DNA of 64,000 nt, taken from the NCBI GenBank assembly GCA_035544015.1, contig DATKIP010000093.1:65156-129155 (forward strand), in the 5' to 3' direction. The number at the start of each line of letters is the position of its first letter. Position 1 is the stretch's first letter. A program made the translations under genes and the position numbers. Below, in pieces: positions 9,116 through 17,688 of the stretch. The DNA comes from Candidatus Saccharimonadia bacterium. Lineage in GTDB: Bacteria > Patescibacteriota > Saccharimonadia > UBA4664. Under the pieces are notes generated by a model that was not told the origin of the DNA, searched no databases, and worked only from the letters and a program-made list of their open reading frames with translations.

Positions 9116-9550
9116 ATGATCATGCCCCGCCTCCTTGCCGGACTCGCCTCCTCCCTGTTCGTATTTGGGTCACTATTTTTCGCTAGTCCGCCGGTGCCCA
9201 ATCGGGTCGATTTGGCCGGCGCGGTGACCACCCAAGCCGCTCACGTTCCCAGCGCCGGGAGCGTTCAGTCCGCCGCTACCGTCGGTCCTGATGCCACCAC
9301 TGCGCCCACGCCGGCCACTTCGCCTGCGCCGGCCGTCGTGCTGCCCTCGTCGGGCCCCACTCCGGCCGCTCAGCCCCAGCCGTCGCCGCAGCCGCTGCCG
9401 GTCATTACACCCCAACCCACGCCCGAACCGACGCCCATCATCAAGCCCGTGCCCGGCGGCACCTGTGGCGGCTGCGGTTCCTGGACCGGTCCCGGCCCGC
9501 ACCCGCTCGTAATGTGCCCCCTCATGACCGACCGCATGTGCCCCAACTAG
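9116..9550 (+). CDS. secreted Pro/Thr/Ala-rich protein with Cys-rich C-terminus
   Basis: AGGAG RBS. Signal peptide MIMPRLLAGLASSLFVFGSLFFASP. Low-complexity PT linker. C-terminal GGTCGGCGSWTGPGPHPLVMCPLMTDRMCPN. Confidence 0.5.
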   Translation: MIMPRLLAGLASSLFVFGSLFFASPPVPNRVDLAGAVTTQAAHVPSAGSVQSAATVGPDATTAPTPATSPAPAVVLPSSGPTPAAQPQPSPQPLPVITPQPTPEPTPIIKPVPGGTCGGCGSWTGPGPHPLVMCPLMTDRMCPN

Positions 9551-9565
9551 CGCTATACTAGCGGC

Positions 9566-9952
9566 ATGAAACTACAAGTTGAGTCCAATCACAAACGCCA
9601 AATTATCGACCTCACCGAGTCGGTGCAGGCGCTCATACCCTCAGCCGCATCCGGCGCCGTACTGGTGGCCGTGCAGCACACTACGGCCGCCGTCACGACC
9701 GCCGATCTCGATCCCGGCACCGATCTCGACCTGCTCGATTTTCTCGAACAGGTCACGCCCAGCGTTCGGTGGCGCCACCCGCATAATCCCAGTCACGCGC
9801 CCGACCACCTATTGGCCTCGGTGATTGGTCCGTCGGTGATTCTGCCGGTGCAGGAGGGGAGACTCGTGCTTGGCTCCTGGCAGCGCATCATCCTCATCGA
9901 GCTCGACGGCCCGCGCGAGCGGCAATTAACGGTGCAGCTCTTGGCAGAGTGA
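9566..9952 (+). CDS. yjbQ: YjbQ/UPF0047 family protein (secondary thiamine-phosphate synthase-like)
   Basis: 128 aa. ...HTTAAVTTADLDPGTD...HNPSHAPDHL...GSWQRIILIELDGPRERQ matches the YjbQ family pattern. Confidence 0.7.
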   Translation: MKLQVESNHKRQIIDLTESVQALIPSAASGAVLVAVQHTTAAVTTADLDPGTDLDLLDFLEQVTPSVRWRHPHNPSHAPDHLLASVIGPSVILPVQEGRLVLGSWQRIILIELDGPRERQLTVQLLAE

Positions 9953-9976
9953 GCGTAACGCACGTATACTAGGCCC

Positions 9977-10270
9977 ATGTCAAAGATTGGTGTTACCGAG
10001 GTAGAGCGCGTCGCTGCATTGGCGCGCATTGGTTTGACGGGCGAAGAGGCCGCCGCCATGGCGGTTGAGATCGGCCGCATCGTGGGCTTTGTGGAGCAAC
10101 TACTGGCCGTAGACGTCGAGGGCGTGGCACCCACCGATCAAGTCACCGGCCTCGTCGATGTGTGGCGCGAAGACATCGTAAAACCCAGCCTGCCGCGCGA
10201 CCAATTGCTGGCCAACGCGCCCGCCCAAAAAGACGGCTACATTGTCGTAAAGCGAGTGCTCAATGGCTAA
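9977..10270 (+). CDS. gatC: Asp/Glu-tRNA(Asn/Gln) amidotransferase subunit C
   Basis: 97 aa. VERVAALARIGLTGEE...VEQLLAVDVEGVAPT is typical GatC. Overlaps the gatA start by 8 nt. Confidence 0.85.
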   Translation: MSKIGVTEVERVAALARIGLTGEEAAAMAVEIGRIVGFVEQLLAVDVEGVAPTDQVTGLVDVWREDIVKPSLPRDQLLANAPAQKDGYIVVKRVLNG

Positions 10271-11711
10271 CCACACTGCCGATCTCACGCGTCCCATTGC
10301 AGGTCTCGCCGCCGACGTGCGCGCCGGCCGGATTTCGGCCGCCGAGCTGCTGGCCGCCAGCCTCGAGCGCATCGCTGCCACCGAAGATTACCACGCACTG
10401 CTTGAGCTCAACCCCGAAGCCGCCGCCGAAGCCGCCGAGGCCGATCGCCGCGCCCAGGCCGGCGAAAACCTGCCGCTAGCCGGTGTGCCATTCGTGGCCA
10501 AAGACAACTACCTCACCATCGGCACCCACACTACCGCCGCCAGCCGCATGCTCGAGCCGTTCCGCGCGCCCTACGAAGGCCCCGCCATGCAACGTCTGCG
10601 CGCCGCCGGCGCCGTGTTGGTAGCCAAGGCCAACCTCGACGCATTCGCGCACGGCACGTCCACCGAAAACTCCGACTTCGGCCCCACCAAAAACGCCCAC
10701 GACCCGTCGCGCGTGCCCGGCGGTAGCTCCGGCGGCTCGGCCACAACCGTGGCGCTCGGCCAGGTCACCTTCGCCGTCGGCTCCGACACCGGCGGCTCGA
10801 TCCGCCAGCCCGCCGCCCTCAGCGGCGTCGTGGGCCTCAAGCCCACCTACGGCCTCGTACCGCGCACGGGCGTGGTGGCCATGGCCAGCTCCACCGACGT
10901 GCTCGGCCCCATCACCCGCAGCGTGGCCGACGCTGCGCTCGTACTCGACGTGATGGCCGGCCGCGATGCCTCCGACGCCACCACCATCGACCGCGACCCC
11001 AAATCCTACGCCGTCACCACCGGCAGCCTGAAAGGCCTCAAAATCGGCCTCATCAAAGAATACCTCGGCGAGGGCCTCGACCCCGCCACCAAGCGTCACC
11101 TCCTGGAGCTCGTCCCCCAGCTCGAAGCCGCCGGCGCCACCATGGAAGAGGTGAGTGTGCCCGCCACCACCTTGGCCCTGGCTGCCTACTACATCCTCGT
11201 GCCAGCCGAAGTATCGTCGAATCTCGCCCGCTACGACGGCGTCAAATACGGCCACAGCTCGCCCCACGCCAAGGACCTTGAAGAAACCTACCGCCTCAGC
11301 CGTCAAGAGGGCTTCGGCCCCGAGGCCAAACGCCGCATCATGATCGGCACCTACGTGCTCTCGAGCGGCTACTACGACGCCTACTACAAGCGCGCGCAAA
11401 AGGTCCGCACCAAGCTCATCGAGCAGTTCGACCATGCTTTCGTCAAATACGACCTCCTGCTCGGCCCCACCTCGCCCAGCCCGGCCTTCCCGCTCGGCTC
11501 TAAAGCCAATGACCCGCTCGCGCTCTACCTCGAAGACGTCATGACCGTGGCCGTCAACCTCGTGGGCATTCCCGCCATTTCCATCCCCTTCGCCACTTCC
11601 GACAGCCTGCCCGTCGGATTGCAGATTATGGCTCCCCAAAGGGCCGAACACCAATTATTCGCCGCCGCCATCGCTACCGAAGCGCTCATCGGCGATTGGA
11701 GGAAACGCTAA
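10263..11711 (+). CDS. gatA: Asp/Glu-tRNA(Asn/Gln) amidotransferase subunit A (amidase)
   Basis: 482 aa. Amidase signature GGSSGGSA plus a Ser-cisSer-Lys context. Located between gatC and gatB. Confidence 0.9.
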   Translation: MANHTADLTRPIAGLAADVRAGRISAAELLAASLERIAATEDYHALLELNPEAAAEAAEADRRAQAGENLPLAGVPFVAKDNYLTIGTHTTAASRMLEPFRAPYEGPAMQRLRAAGAVLVAKANLDAFAHGTSTENSDFGPTKNAHDPSRVPGGSSGGSATTVALGQVTFAVGSDTGGSIRQPAALSGVVGLKPTYGLVPRTGVVAMASSTDVLGPITRSVADAALVLDVMAGRDASDATTIDRDPKSYAVTTGSLKGLKIGLIKEYLGEGLDPATKRHLLELVPQLEAAGATMEEVSVPATTLALAAYYILVPAEVSSNLARYDGVKYGHSSPHAKDLEETYRLSRQEGFGPEAKRRIMIGTYVLSSGYYDAYYKRAQKVRTKLIEQFDHAFVKYDLLLGPTSPSPAFPLGSKANDPLALYLEDVMTVAVNLVGIPAISIPFATSDSLPVGLQIMAPQRAEHQLFAAAIATEALIGDWRKR

Positions 11712-12169
11712 TGTTACCCTTTCTCGTTGTCGCCCTCGTCGGCGGTGTGGTGCTCTATGGTGTGGTCGAAAACGGCAGCCGCAAGGGCCGCAAGCGCTCC
11801 CGGCCCGTGGCCTCCTCGCGCGGCTACCGCGGTTTTGTCGATCCCACCGAAATCAAAACCCGCTGGGACACCATCATGGCCATCTCAAACACCGGCGCCA
11901 GCGGGCTCAAAAGCTCGCTCAACGAGGCCGACAAGCTCTTCGATCACGTCATGAAATCCCTCGGCTTTGCCGGCGACACGATGGGCGAGCGCCTCAAGCA
12001 CGGCCGCAGCCGCTTCGCCGACCACGACGCCTACCAGGCCGTCTGGCGCGCCCACAAACTCCGCAACGCCCTCGCCCACGAAATCGGCTTCGACCTCGTG
12101 CCCAGCCAAGCCAAAGACGCCCTAGCCGACTTCGAACGCGGCCTGCGCGCCCTGGGGGCTCTGCGATGA
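11711..12169 (+). CDS. membrane-anchored hypothetical protein inserted in the gatCAB operon
   Basis: ATG overlaps the gatA stop (TAATG). GGAGG RBS 9 nt upstream. N-terminal TM (MLPFLVVALVGGVVLYGVV) plus a basic, helical C-terminal domain. Confidence 0.5.
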   Translation: MLPFLVVALVGGVVLYGVVENGSRKGRKRSRPVASSRGYRGFVDPTEIKTRWDTIMAISNTGASGLKSSLNEADKLFDHVMKSLGFAGDTMGERLKHGRSRFADHDAYQAVWRAHKLRNALAHEIGFDLVPSQAKDALADFERGLRALGALR

Positions 12170-12279
12170 CCAAGCCGGAGCTTCAAGCTTTCATCGATCA
12201 CCACGACTTGGCGGTCATCTCCACCCTGGCTGATCTAAACCAGCGACCTTGGAACATACAGGAGATGATATTCTCATGA
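12166..12279 (+). other. 37-aa ORF resembling the N-terminus of a PNPOx/F420-dependent-oxidoreductase-like protein (probable gene remnant or coupling peptide)
   Basis: ATGA overlaps both the upstream stop and the downstream HD-gene start. Translation MTKPELQAFIDHHDLAVISTLADLNQRPWNIQEMIFS resembles PPOX-class N-termini (M..ELxxFL....LAVLATV..DGRP..VPVWF). Confidence 0.2.
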
Positions 12280-12926
12280 ATCGCGAAGCCCTGCTGTCAA
12301 AGCTCGAACAATACTTGGAGTCCGATGCCGATTTTCGGATCGTCTACAAATATGTTGAAAAACGCTTTAAAGACACTCCCAACTTGGTCGCCCACAATTG
12401 GGATCACGCCCGCCGCGATACCCTAAACGCCATTGTTATCGGCGAATCCGAGGACGCCGACATGAGCATCGTGCTGCCGGCCATGATCATGCATGATATT
12501 GGCTTCTTGTATGGCGCCAGCGGCCCCACTCATGGCACTATCGGCGCCCAAAAGCTTAAAGAATTCCTCAAAGATGCCGGCATCAGCCTTAGCCAGGACA
12601 AAATTACCCGCATTGCCAACTGCATCCGTACGCACAAGGGTAGCTTGCATAACGAAACGCCCACAACGCTCGAGGCCAAGGTCATTTCGGATGCCGATCT
12701 CTTGGACAAATTTGGCCCCATCGGTGTCTACCAGGGCATCCGGGTGTTCGTGGAGTTTAATTACGACATTGATAAAATCATCGAAAGTTTAGTTGGACGC
12801 CACAAAAAAGCCGTTTTCCAAACCCCCACCGGCGCAGCCCTAGCGCGCGGGCAAGAAGATTACCCCGCCAACTTTGGCCGCGCCCTGCAACAAGCCTATG
12901 AACCATACCGTGAGGACCTATCATGA
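12276..12926 (+). CDS. HD-domain phosphohydrolase
   Basis: H...HD motif (AHNWDHARRD ... MIMHDIGF). AGGAG RBS. Noticeably lower GC and AT-ending codons than its neighbours. ATGA overlap with the gatB start. Confidence 0.7.
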   Translation: MNREALLSKLEQYLESDADFRIVYKYVEKRFKDTPNLVAHNWDHARRDTLNAIVIGESEDADMSIVLPAMIMHDIGFLYGASGPTHGTIGAQKLKEFLKDAGISLSQDKITRIANCIRTHKGSLHNETPTTLEAKVISDADLLDKFGPIGVYQGIRVFVEFNYDIDKIIESLVGRHKKAVFQTPTGAALARGQEDYPANFGRALQQAYEPYREDLS

Positions 12927-14386
12927 ACCCCGAACTCCGCGCCAAATACGAAACCGTCATCGGCATCGAATGCCATGTGCAGCTGGCCACCCGATCGAAG
13001 CTGTTCTGCGCCTGCGACAACGATTCGCGCGAGGCCGAGCCCAACACGCATGTATGCGAAGTCTGCCTGGGCCTGCCCGGCACCCTGCCGGTGCTCAACC
13101 GGCGCGCCGTCGAGTTGGCGCTGCGCCTCGGTCTGGCGCTGGGCGCCGAGTATCCAGCCGAGCTCCATACCAAATTTGACCGTAAAAATTATTTTTACCC
13201 CGACTCGCCCAAGGGGTACCAAATTACCCAATTTGACGAGCCGATCGTGCCAAACGGTGCTGTCGAGTTTCCGCTAGATGGCAAAATCAAGCGCGTCGGC
13301 ATCACTCGCGCCCACCTCGAAGGCGACGCCGGCAAGCTCACGCACCCCGAAAAAGCCAATTACTCGCTCGTGGACCTCAACCGCGCCGAAACCCCATTGC
13401 TCGAAATCGTGAGCGAGCCCGACATGCGCAGCGCCGCCGAGGCCAAAGGCTACGCCCAGGAACTTTACAATCTCGCGCGCTACGCCGGCGCTTCCGACGC
13501 CAACCTCTATTACGGCAACATGCGCTTCGATGTGAACGTGAGCGTGCGGCCCATCGGCCAGAAGGAATTTGGCACCCGCACCGAGACCAAAAACCTCAAC
13601 AGCTTCAAAGCCATCGAGCGCACCGTCGAATACGAAACCCGTCGCCAAATCGCCGCCATCGAGCAGGGCGAGCGCATCCGCCAAGAAACCCGCGGCTGGA
13701 ACGAGGCCAAAGGCCAAACGTACCCTATGAGAAGCAAAGAAGACGCCGATGAATACCGCTACTTCCCCGAGCCCGACCTGCCGCCGCTCGTGATCACCGC
13801 GGCCATGGTGGCCGAGCAAGCCGCCGAACTCGGCCTCATGCCCCGCGACCTGCGCGCCGAGCTCGCCGCCGCTGGCCTGCCCGCCGCCGCGGCCGAGGCG
13901 CTCGTAGCCGACCCCGACGCGGGCCAGCTCTGGCACACCACTGTCAGCGCCTACCCCGAGCACGCGCGCTTTGCTCTCAACTGGCTGGTCGGCGACGCCG
14001 TCAAACTGGCCGAGACCAAGGGCCAAACGCTGCCCCAATCCGACATCAATTCCGCCACCCTCGGCGGTGTTGCTGAGCTTGTGAAGGACGGCAAACTTAG
14101 CTCTACCAACGCCAAGGTCCTCCTGTCTCACCTCTGGGACAAGGATGAAGGCCCACGTCAGGCCGCCCAAACACTCGGTCTGCTCCAGCAATCCGACGCC
14201 GGCGAGCTGGGCAAAGTCGTCGACGATGTCATCGCGGCCAACCCCCAAGCCGCCGCCGACTACCAGGCCGGCAATCACCGGGCGCTCGGCGCCCTCGTCG
14301 GCCAAGCCATGAAAGCCACCCAGGGCAAAGGCAACCCGCCGCTCATCACCAAGCTTCTCAAAGACCGCTTAGATGAGCCGGCGTAG
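12923..14386 (+). CDS. gatB: Asp/Glu-tRNA(Asn/Gln) amidotransferase subunit B
   Basis: 487 aa. N-terminal Cys cluster (ECHVQL...CACD...CEVCLGLPG) and a C-terminal YqeY-like domain, typical GatB. Confidence 0.9.
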   Translation: MNPELRAKYETVIGIECHVQLATRSKLFCACDNDSREAEPNTHVCEVCLGLPGTLPVLNRRAVELALRLGLALGAEYPAELHTKFDRKNYFYPDSPKGYQITQFDEPIVPNGAVEFPLDGKIKRVGITRAHLEGDAGKLTHPEKANYSLVDLNRAETPLLEIVSEPDMRSAAEAKGYAQELYNLARYAGASDANLYYGNMRFDVNVSVRPIGQKEFGTRTETKNLNSFKAIERTVEYETRRQIAAIEQGERIRQETRGWNEAKGQTYPMRSKEDADEYRYFPEPDLPPLVITAAMVAEQAAELGLMPRDLRAELAAAGLPAAAAEALVADPDAGQLWHTTVSAYPEHARFALNWLVGDAVKLAETKGQTLPQSDINSATLGGVAELVKDGKLSSTNAKVLLSHLWDKDEGPRQAAQTLGLLQQSDAGELGKVVDDVIAANPQAAADYQAGNHRALGALVGQAMKATQGKGNPPLITKLLKDRLDEPA

Positions 14387-14410
14387 ACTGCAACGCAAGG
14401 GTAGACGGCA

Positions 14411-14502
14411 GGATTGACCCCATTTCGTCAAACCGCCAGACAACATCGCGCCTAGATAGTCACCAAAGGAAGAGTTCGCGTTTGACGAAATGAGGTCAAT
14501 CC
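14411..14502. repeat. long inverted repeat (23-bp arms, one mismatch, 46-nt spacer)
   Basis: GGATTGACCCCATTTCGTCAAAC (14411-14433) pairs with GTTTGACGAAATGAGGTCAATCC (14480-14502). Intergenic between gatB and mscS. Confidence 0.6.
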
Positions 14503-14577
14503 GGGAGCAAGCAGGGAAGGCGTGCACGTCGCTAGCACCCAAACCGTGTTACACTAACCACAAGCACAATCCTCACC

Positions 14578-15228
14578 ATGTTTGAACTCAACTCCAGCTT
14601 TGTCGATCATATTTTAGCCATTGGCCGCCTCGTGCAGGCCAATCTGTTAAAGGCCCTGTTTGATTTACTCCTAGGCATCCTCATCGTCCGCTTTATGGTC
14701 CGCGGGCTGCGGCTCCTGCTCAAGCTCACGCACATCCAAACCGGCTTGCGCTATGTGCTTACCTCCATTATCGAGACCGTGCTCTGGATGTTGCTTACCG
14801 TGGTGATACTCCAGGAACTCGGCTTCCAAAACCTCATTTTGTTCTTCACTGGCTCCATCGCTGCCATCGGTATCGCCATGGCCGCCGGCGGCTCAACGCT
14901 CGTTTCAGACGTAATCGCCGCCGTCTTTTTGGCCCGCGACCACGATTTTAACGTCGGCGACGAGGTTATTGTGGGCGAAACCCCTACTCAGGGCGTCATT
15001 GAGCGCATGGACGCCCGCCGCATTCGCGTCCGCGACGACGACGGCATCCTGCATGTCATCCCCAACTCTCTCGTCGAGCGCAAAGAATGGGTGGTGTTGC
15101 AGCGCCGAGCCGAACTCAGCGCCGCTGCCCGGGCTGCCCGCACCGCCAAGCGTTTGGGCGCTGCCGCTTTGGAGAAAAGATCAAATTTCAGAGCCAAAGC
15201 CAAAACGGCTCGTGAGAATGAACAATAG
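14578..15228 (+). CDS. mscS: small-conductance mechanosensitive channel (MscS family)
   Basis: 216 aa. TM helices followed by an MscS beta-domain motif (FNVGDEVIVGETPTQGVIERMDARRIRVRDDDGILHVIPNS). Confidence 0.75.
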   Translation: MFELNSSFVDHILAIGRLVQANLLKALFDLLLGILIVRFMVRGLRLLLKLTHIQTGLRYVLTSIIETVLWMLLTVVILQELGFQNLILFFTGSIAAIGIAMAAGGSTLVSDVIAAVFLARDHDFNVGDEVIVGETPTQGVIERMDARRIRVRDDDGILHVIPNSLVERKEWVVLQRRAELSAAARAARTAKRLGAAALEKRSNFRAKAKTARENEQ

Positions 15229-15309
15229 CCAGGCTCCGAGAGGCATGTATGATAGAGCTATCCGTTAGAATAATTAACAATCAAGCAGATTGAATAACGA
15301 GCACGCACT

Positions 15310-15573
15310 ATGAATACCGTCGAGCTAATATTGGTAATACTCCTAAGCGTTGGGTTTTTAACCCTAATCGTTTTGAGCATCGTACTGGTAAGCCTCATGG
15401 TTGCCATCATGCGAAACCTCAAGCGCATCTCGGAGCGGGCAGAGTCCGCCACCAGTAGCGTAGCCAACCTCGCCGAAACCTTCGGTCGCAAGTTAGGCCC
15501 CTTAGCCGCCTCCGGTATCCTGGGTATGCTCATCAAACGCTTCACCAGCAAGCGAGCATCAAAGGAAGATTAA
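15310..15573 (+). CDS. small membrane protein (DUF948-like)
   Basis: 87 aa with an N-terminal TM helix and a helical C-terminal domain. AT-richer than flanking genes. First gene of a three-gene cluster. Confidence 0.45.
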   Translation: MNTVELILVILLSVGFLTLIVLSIVLVSLMVAIMRNLKRISERAESATSSVANLAETFGRKLGPLAASGILGMLIKRFTSKRASKED

Positions 15574-15577
15574 TACT

Positions 15578-16060
15578 ATGAACGAACGAGAAAGGAATAG
15601 AGCCATGAAGCGAACATTTTGGAAGGGTACCATGATCGGAGCCATAGCCGGAGCAGTGGCCGGAATTCTCCTGGCCCCCAAGAGCGGCAAGGAAACCCAA
15701 GAAGACATCAAGCGCAAAGTTAAAGGCACCTACGAAGACATTCAGCGCCGACTCGAAAAAATGAGCGAAGAAGTCGGCGGCCGGGTCGACACGCTGCGCG
15801 AGGCCGCCAAAGATCTGCAGGGCGAGGCCAAAGCAGAGAGCCAAGAGCTCATCCGCCGCGCTGAAGTACTCAAGCAAGACCTGCGCGTTTCCGCCACCAA
15901 CCTCACCAAGAGCGGCGCCCAGACGAAAGACGTGGCCGTCAAAGAGGTCAAGCAGCTCCTCAACGAGGGCGCAGCCGTTATGAGCGAGCTCGAACGCGTC
16001 ACCCGCCATCTCGCCACCTCGGCCAAGAGCAAAGTCGACGACGTGCGCGACGGCCACTAA
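15578..16060 (+). CDS. YtxH-domain protein (general-stress-like)
   Basis: GAIAGAVAGILLAPKSGKETQEDIKRK matches the YtxH motif GxxxGxxxGLLxAPKSGKETR. The true start may be the second Met (15605). Confidence 0.6.
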   Translation: MNERERNRAMKRTFWKGTMIGAIAGAVAGILLAPKSGKETQEDIKRKVKGTYEDIQRRLEKMSEEVGGRVDTLREAAKDLQGEAKAESQELIRRAEVLKQDLRVSATNLTKSGAQTKDVAVKEVKQLLNEGAAVMSELERVTRHLATSAKSKVDDVRDGH

Positions 16061-16354
16061 ATGATTCTCGCCAGCGACCGACCCGACTCCAACTCCAAGC
16101 GCAGCGGCGTCAACTACGAGCGCCTCGGCAAAGCCGTCGAAGACGCGCTCATCCTCGACTACATCTACGTGCTGCACAGTACCCGACGCCAGATTTGGAG
16201 CTCGTTTGTGCGCGGCATTTTTGCCGGCCTCGGCGGCGTTTTGGGCGCCACCGTGGGCGTGGCGGTACTCGTGGGACTGCTTCAGCTCTTCGGCGGCGCG
16301 CCCGTCATTGGGCACTTTTTCCGCGACGTCGGCCAAACCATCGAAAACCGCTAA
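16061..16354 (+). CDS. small membrane protein
   Basis: TAAATG overlap with the previous gene. Hydrophobic segment IFAGLGGVLGATVGVAVLVGLLQLFGG. Confidence 0.45.
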   Translation: MILASDRPDSNSKRSGVNYERLGKAVEDALILDYIYVLHSTRRQIWSSFVRGIFAGLGGVLGATVGVAVLVGLLQLFGGAPVIGHFFRDVGQTIENR

Positions 16355-16442
16355 ACGCCCGGTCTAGAACGACGAAAGCCCCCGGCAAGAGCCGGGAGCT
16401 CCCGCCAAGGGCGGTTGTTCTGTCATGCGACAGAACGGGAAG

Positions 16443-16832
16443 TTACGCGGGGCAGGTGTTCTCCTGCTCGTCCGATGCGATCGGCACCGGCTTCTTGGCT
16501 TCCCACAGCGCGACCAGCTTCTTGCCGCAGGCCGCGGCATCGGATTCGGTGTCGAAGTGGCCGGCCAGATCGTAGGTCCGAAACTCCTTGCCCGTCACGT
16601 CGGCCGTCACGAACCACTGCCCGGAGAGCGGCGACTGCTGGACCTTGATGCTCTTCACCTGCGCGGCCGGGATCGAACCATCCGAGTAGACGCGTTCGTT
16701 GGAGCTGCGGGTGCTGGTGGGGTTCGGGGTGACGTCACCACCCGACTGGTTGCCGGACAGACCGCCATTCGCAGCGACGGCGACGCCACCCACCACCAGC
16801 ACCCCGGCAGCAATAATTCCCCTGATGCGCAT
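16443..16832 (-). CDS. small secreted hypothetical protein (paralog A)
   Basis: Start at Met with GGAG RBS. Signal/TM segment MRIRGIIAAGVLVVGGVAVAANG. C-terminal ...SDAAACGKKLVALWEAK motif shared with the neighbouring gene. Confidence 0.45.
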   Translation of the reverse strand: MRIRGIIAAGVLVVGGVAVAANGGLSGNQSGGDVTPNPTSTRSSNERVYSDGSIPAAQVKSIKVQQSPLSGQWFVTADVTGKEFRTYDLAGHFDTESDAAACGKKLVALWEAKKPVPIASDEQENTCPA

Positions 16833-16985
16833 AACACGCTCCAATGCAAGAGCTCCACTGCGGGTTACCCGCAGATCGTCCCGAAACGGAAACGACGTTC
16901 TGTTGATACTACAAAAAAGCCCAAAACACAACTAATTGCCGTCCAAAAAAGGCTTCAGGGCCCGACCACCGCACCATGCCGCGCT

Positions 16986-17393
16986 CTACGCGCAGGTTCC
17001 CGCCCGCCGCCGGCTAGCCAGCAGTATGCGCCGTCCCCGGCCGAAGGCTTGGCTGCTCAGCCGCCGGGCACAGGCCTTGGCCGCCTGCCGATCGGCCAGT
17101 CCCGTCACTACCTCCAGCGGTCCGTCAACGCCCTGGGCGTAGACCACCACCCGCCAGCTCGTGCGGCTCGGCGAGACCGGCTCCTCCTTGAAATCGATCA
17201 CCGTTGCTCCCGCCACAGAATCTGGCGGCGCAGTCTGCGGCTTGGGCCGCTGAGGATCCCGGGATGGGCTCGCGATCGTCGATCGCAGGCCCGCATTCGC
17301 GCTCGTGATGGAATCCCGGTTACCCATATTCCCGACCCACACCGCAGTCGCTACGGACACTATCGCCACGGCCGCCAGGCGCCTGAATGTCAC
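16986..17393 (-). CDS. small secreted hypothetical protein (paralog B)
   Basis: GTG start with AAGGAGG RBS 9 nt upstream. Signal/TM segment (M)TFRRLAAVAIVSVATAVWVG. C-terminal ...DRQAAKACARRL motif. Confidence 0.45.
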   Translation of the reverse strand: MTFRRLAAVAIVSVATAVWVGNMGNRDSITSANAGLRSTIASPSRDPQRPKPQTAPPDSVAGATVIDFKEEPVSPSRTSWRVVVYAQGVDGPLEVVTGLADRQAAKACARRLSSQAFGRGRRILLASRRRAGTCA

Positions 17394-17544
17394 CGTCGTA
17401 CTCCTCCTTCTCGGGTTGGAAATCCTCCCGCTACCGTCCATAGCGGGAATAGGCCTCATATTTTATAGAATAACTAACATGCGAAAGCAACCATCCGTGT
17501 CCGCCACCCGAAATCGAAAGCGGCGGCTTGCGACTGCAAAACGA

Positions 17545-17610
17545 GTCTAGAATTTAGACAAACCGTCCGAACCTGAAGGTAATGACGCACTGAATGTCTA
17601 AGGTTTAGAC
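17545..17610 (+). promoter_or_regulatory. paired palindromic operator module upstream of dnaE
   Basis: GTCTAGAATTTAGAC (17545-17559) and GTCTAAGGTTTAGAC (17596-17610) are 7+1+7 palindromes with centres 51 bp apart. GTCCGAAC (17565-17572) lies between them. The identical architecture recurs at 28797-28864. Confidence 0.5.
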
Positions 17611-17688
17611 ACATTACCGCGGACGACTGCCCCCGCGGCCGGTCACGCCCATGTGCTACCATTAAAATCAACGAAGAGGGGAGAGGGC

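Noticed and set aside
10476-11654. 392-aa minus-strand ORF inside gatA (Gly/Ala/Val-rich)
   Set aside because: Reverse-frame shadow of gatA, which has clear amidase motifs. There is no RBS, and the composition is GC-driven.
13274-14305. 343-aa minus-strand ORF inside gatB
   Set aside because: Shadow ORF of gatB with Gly/Ala-rich low complexity.
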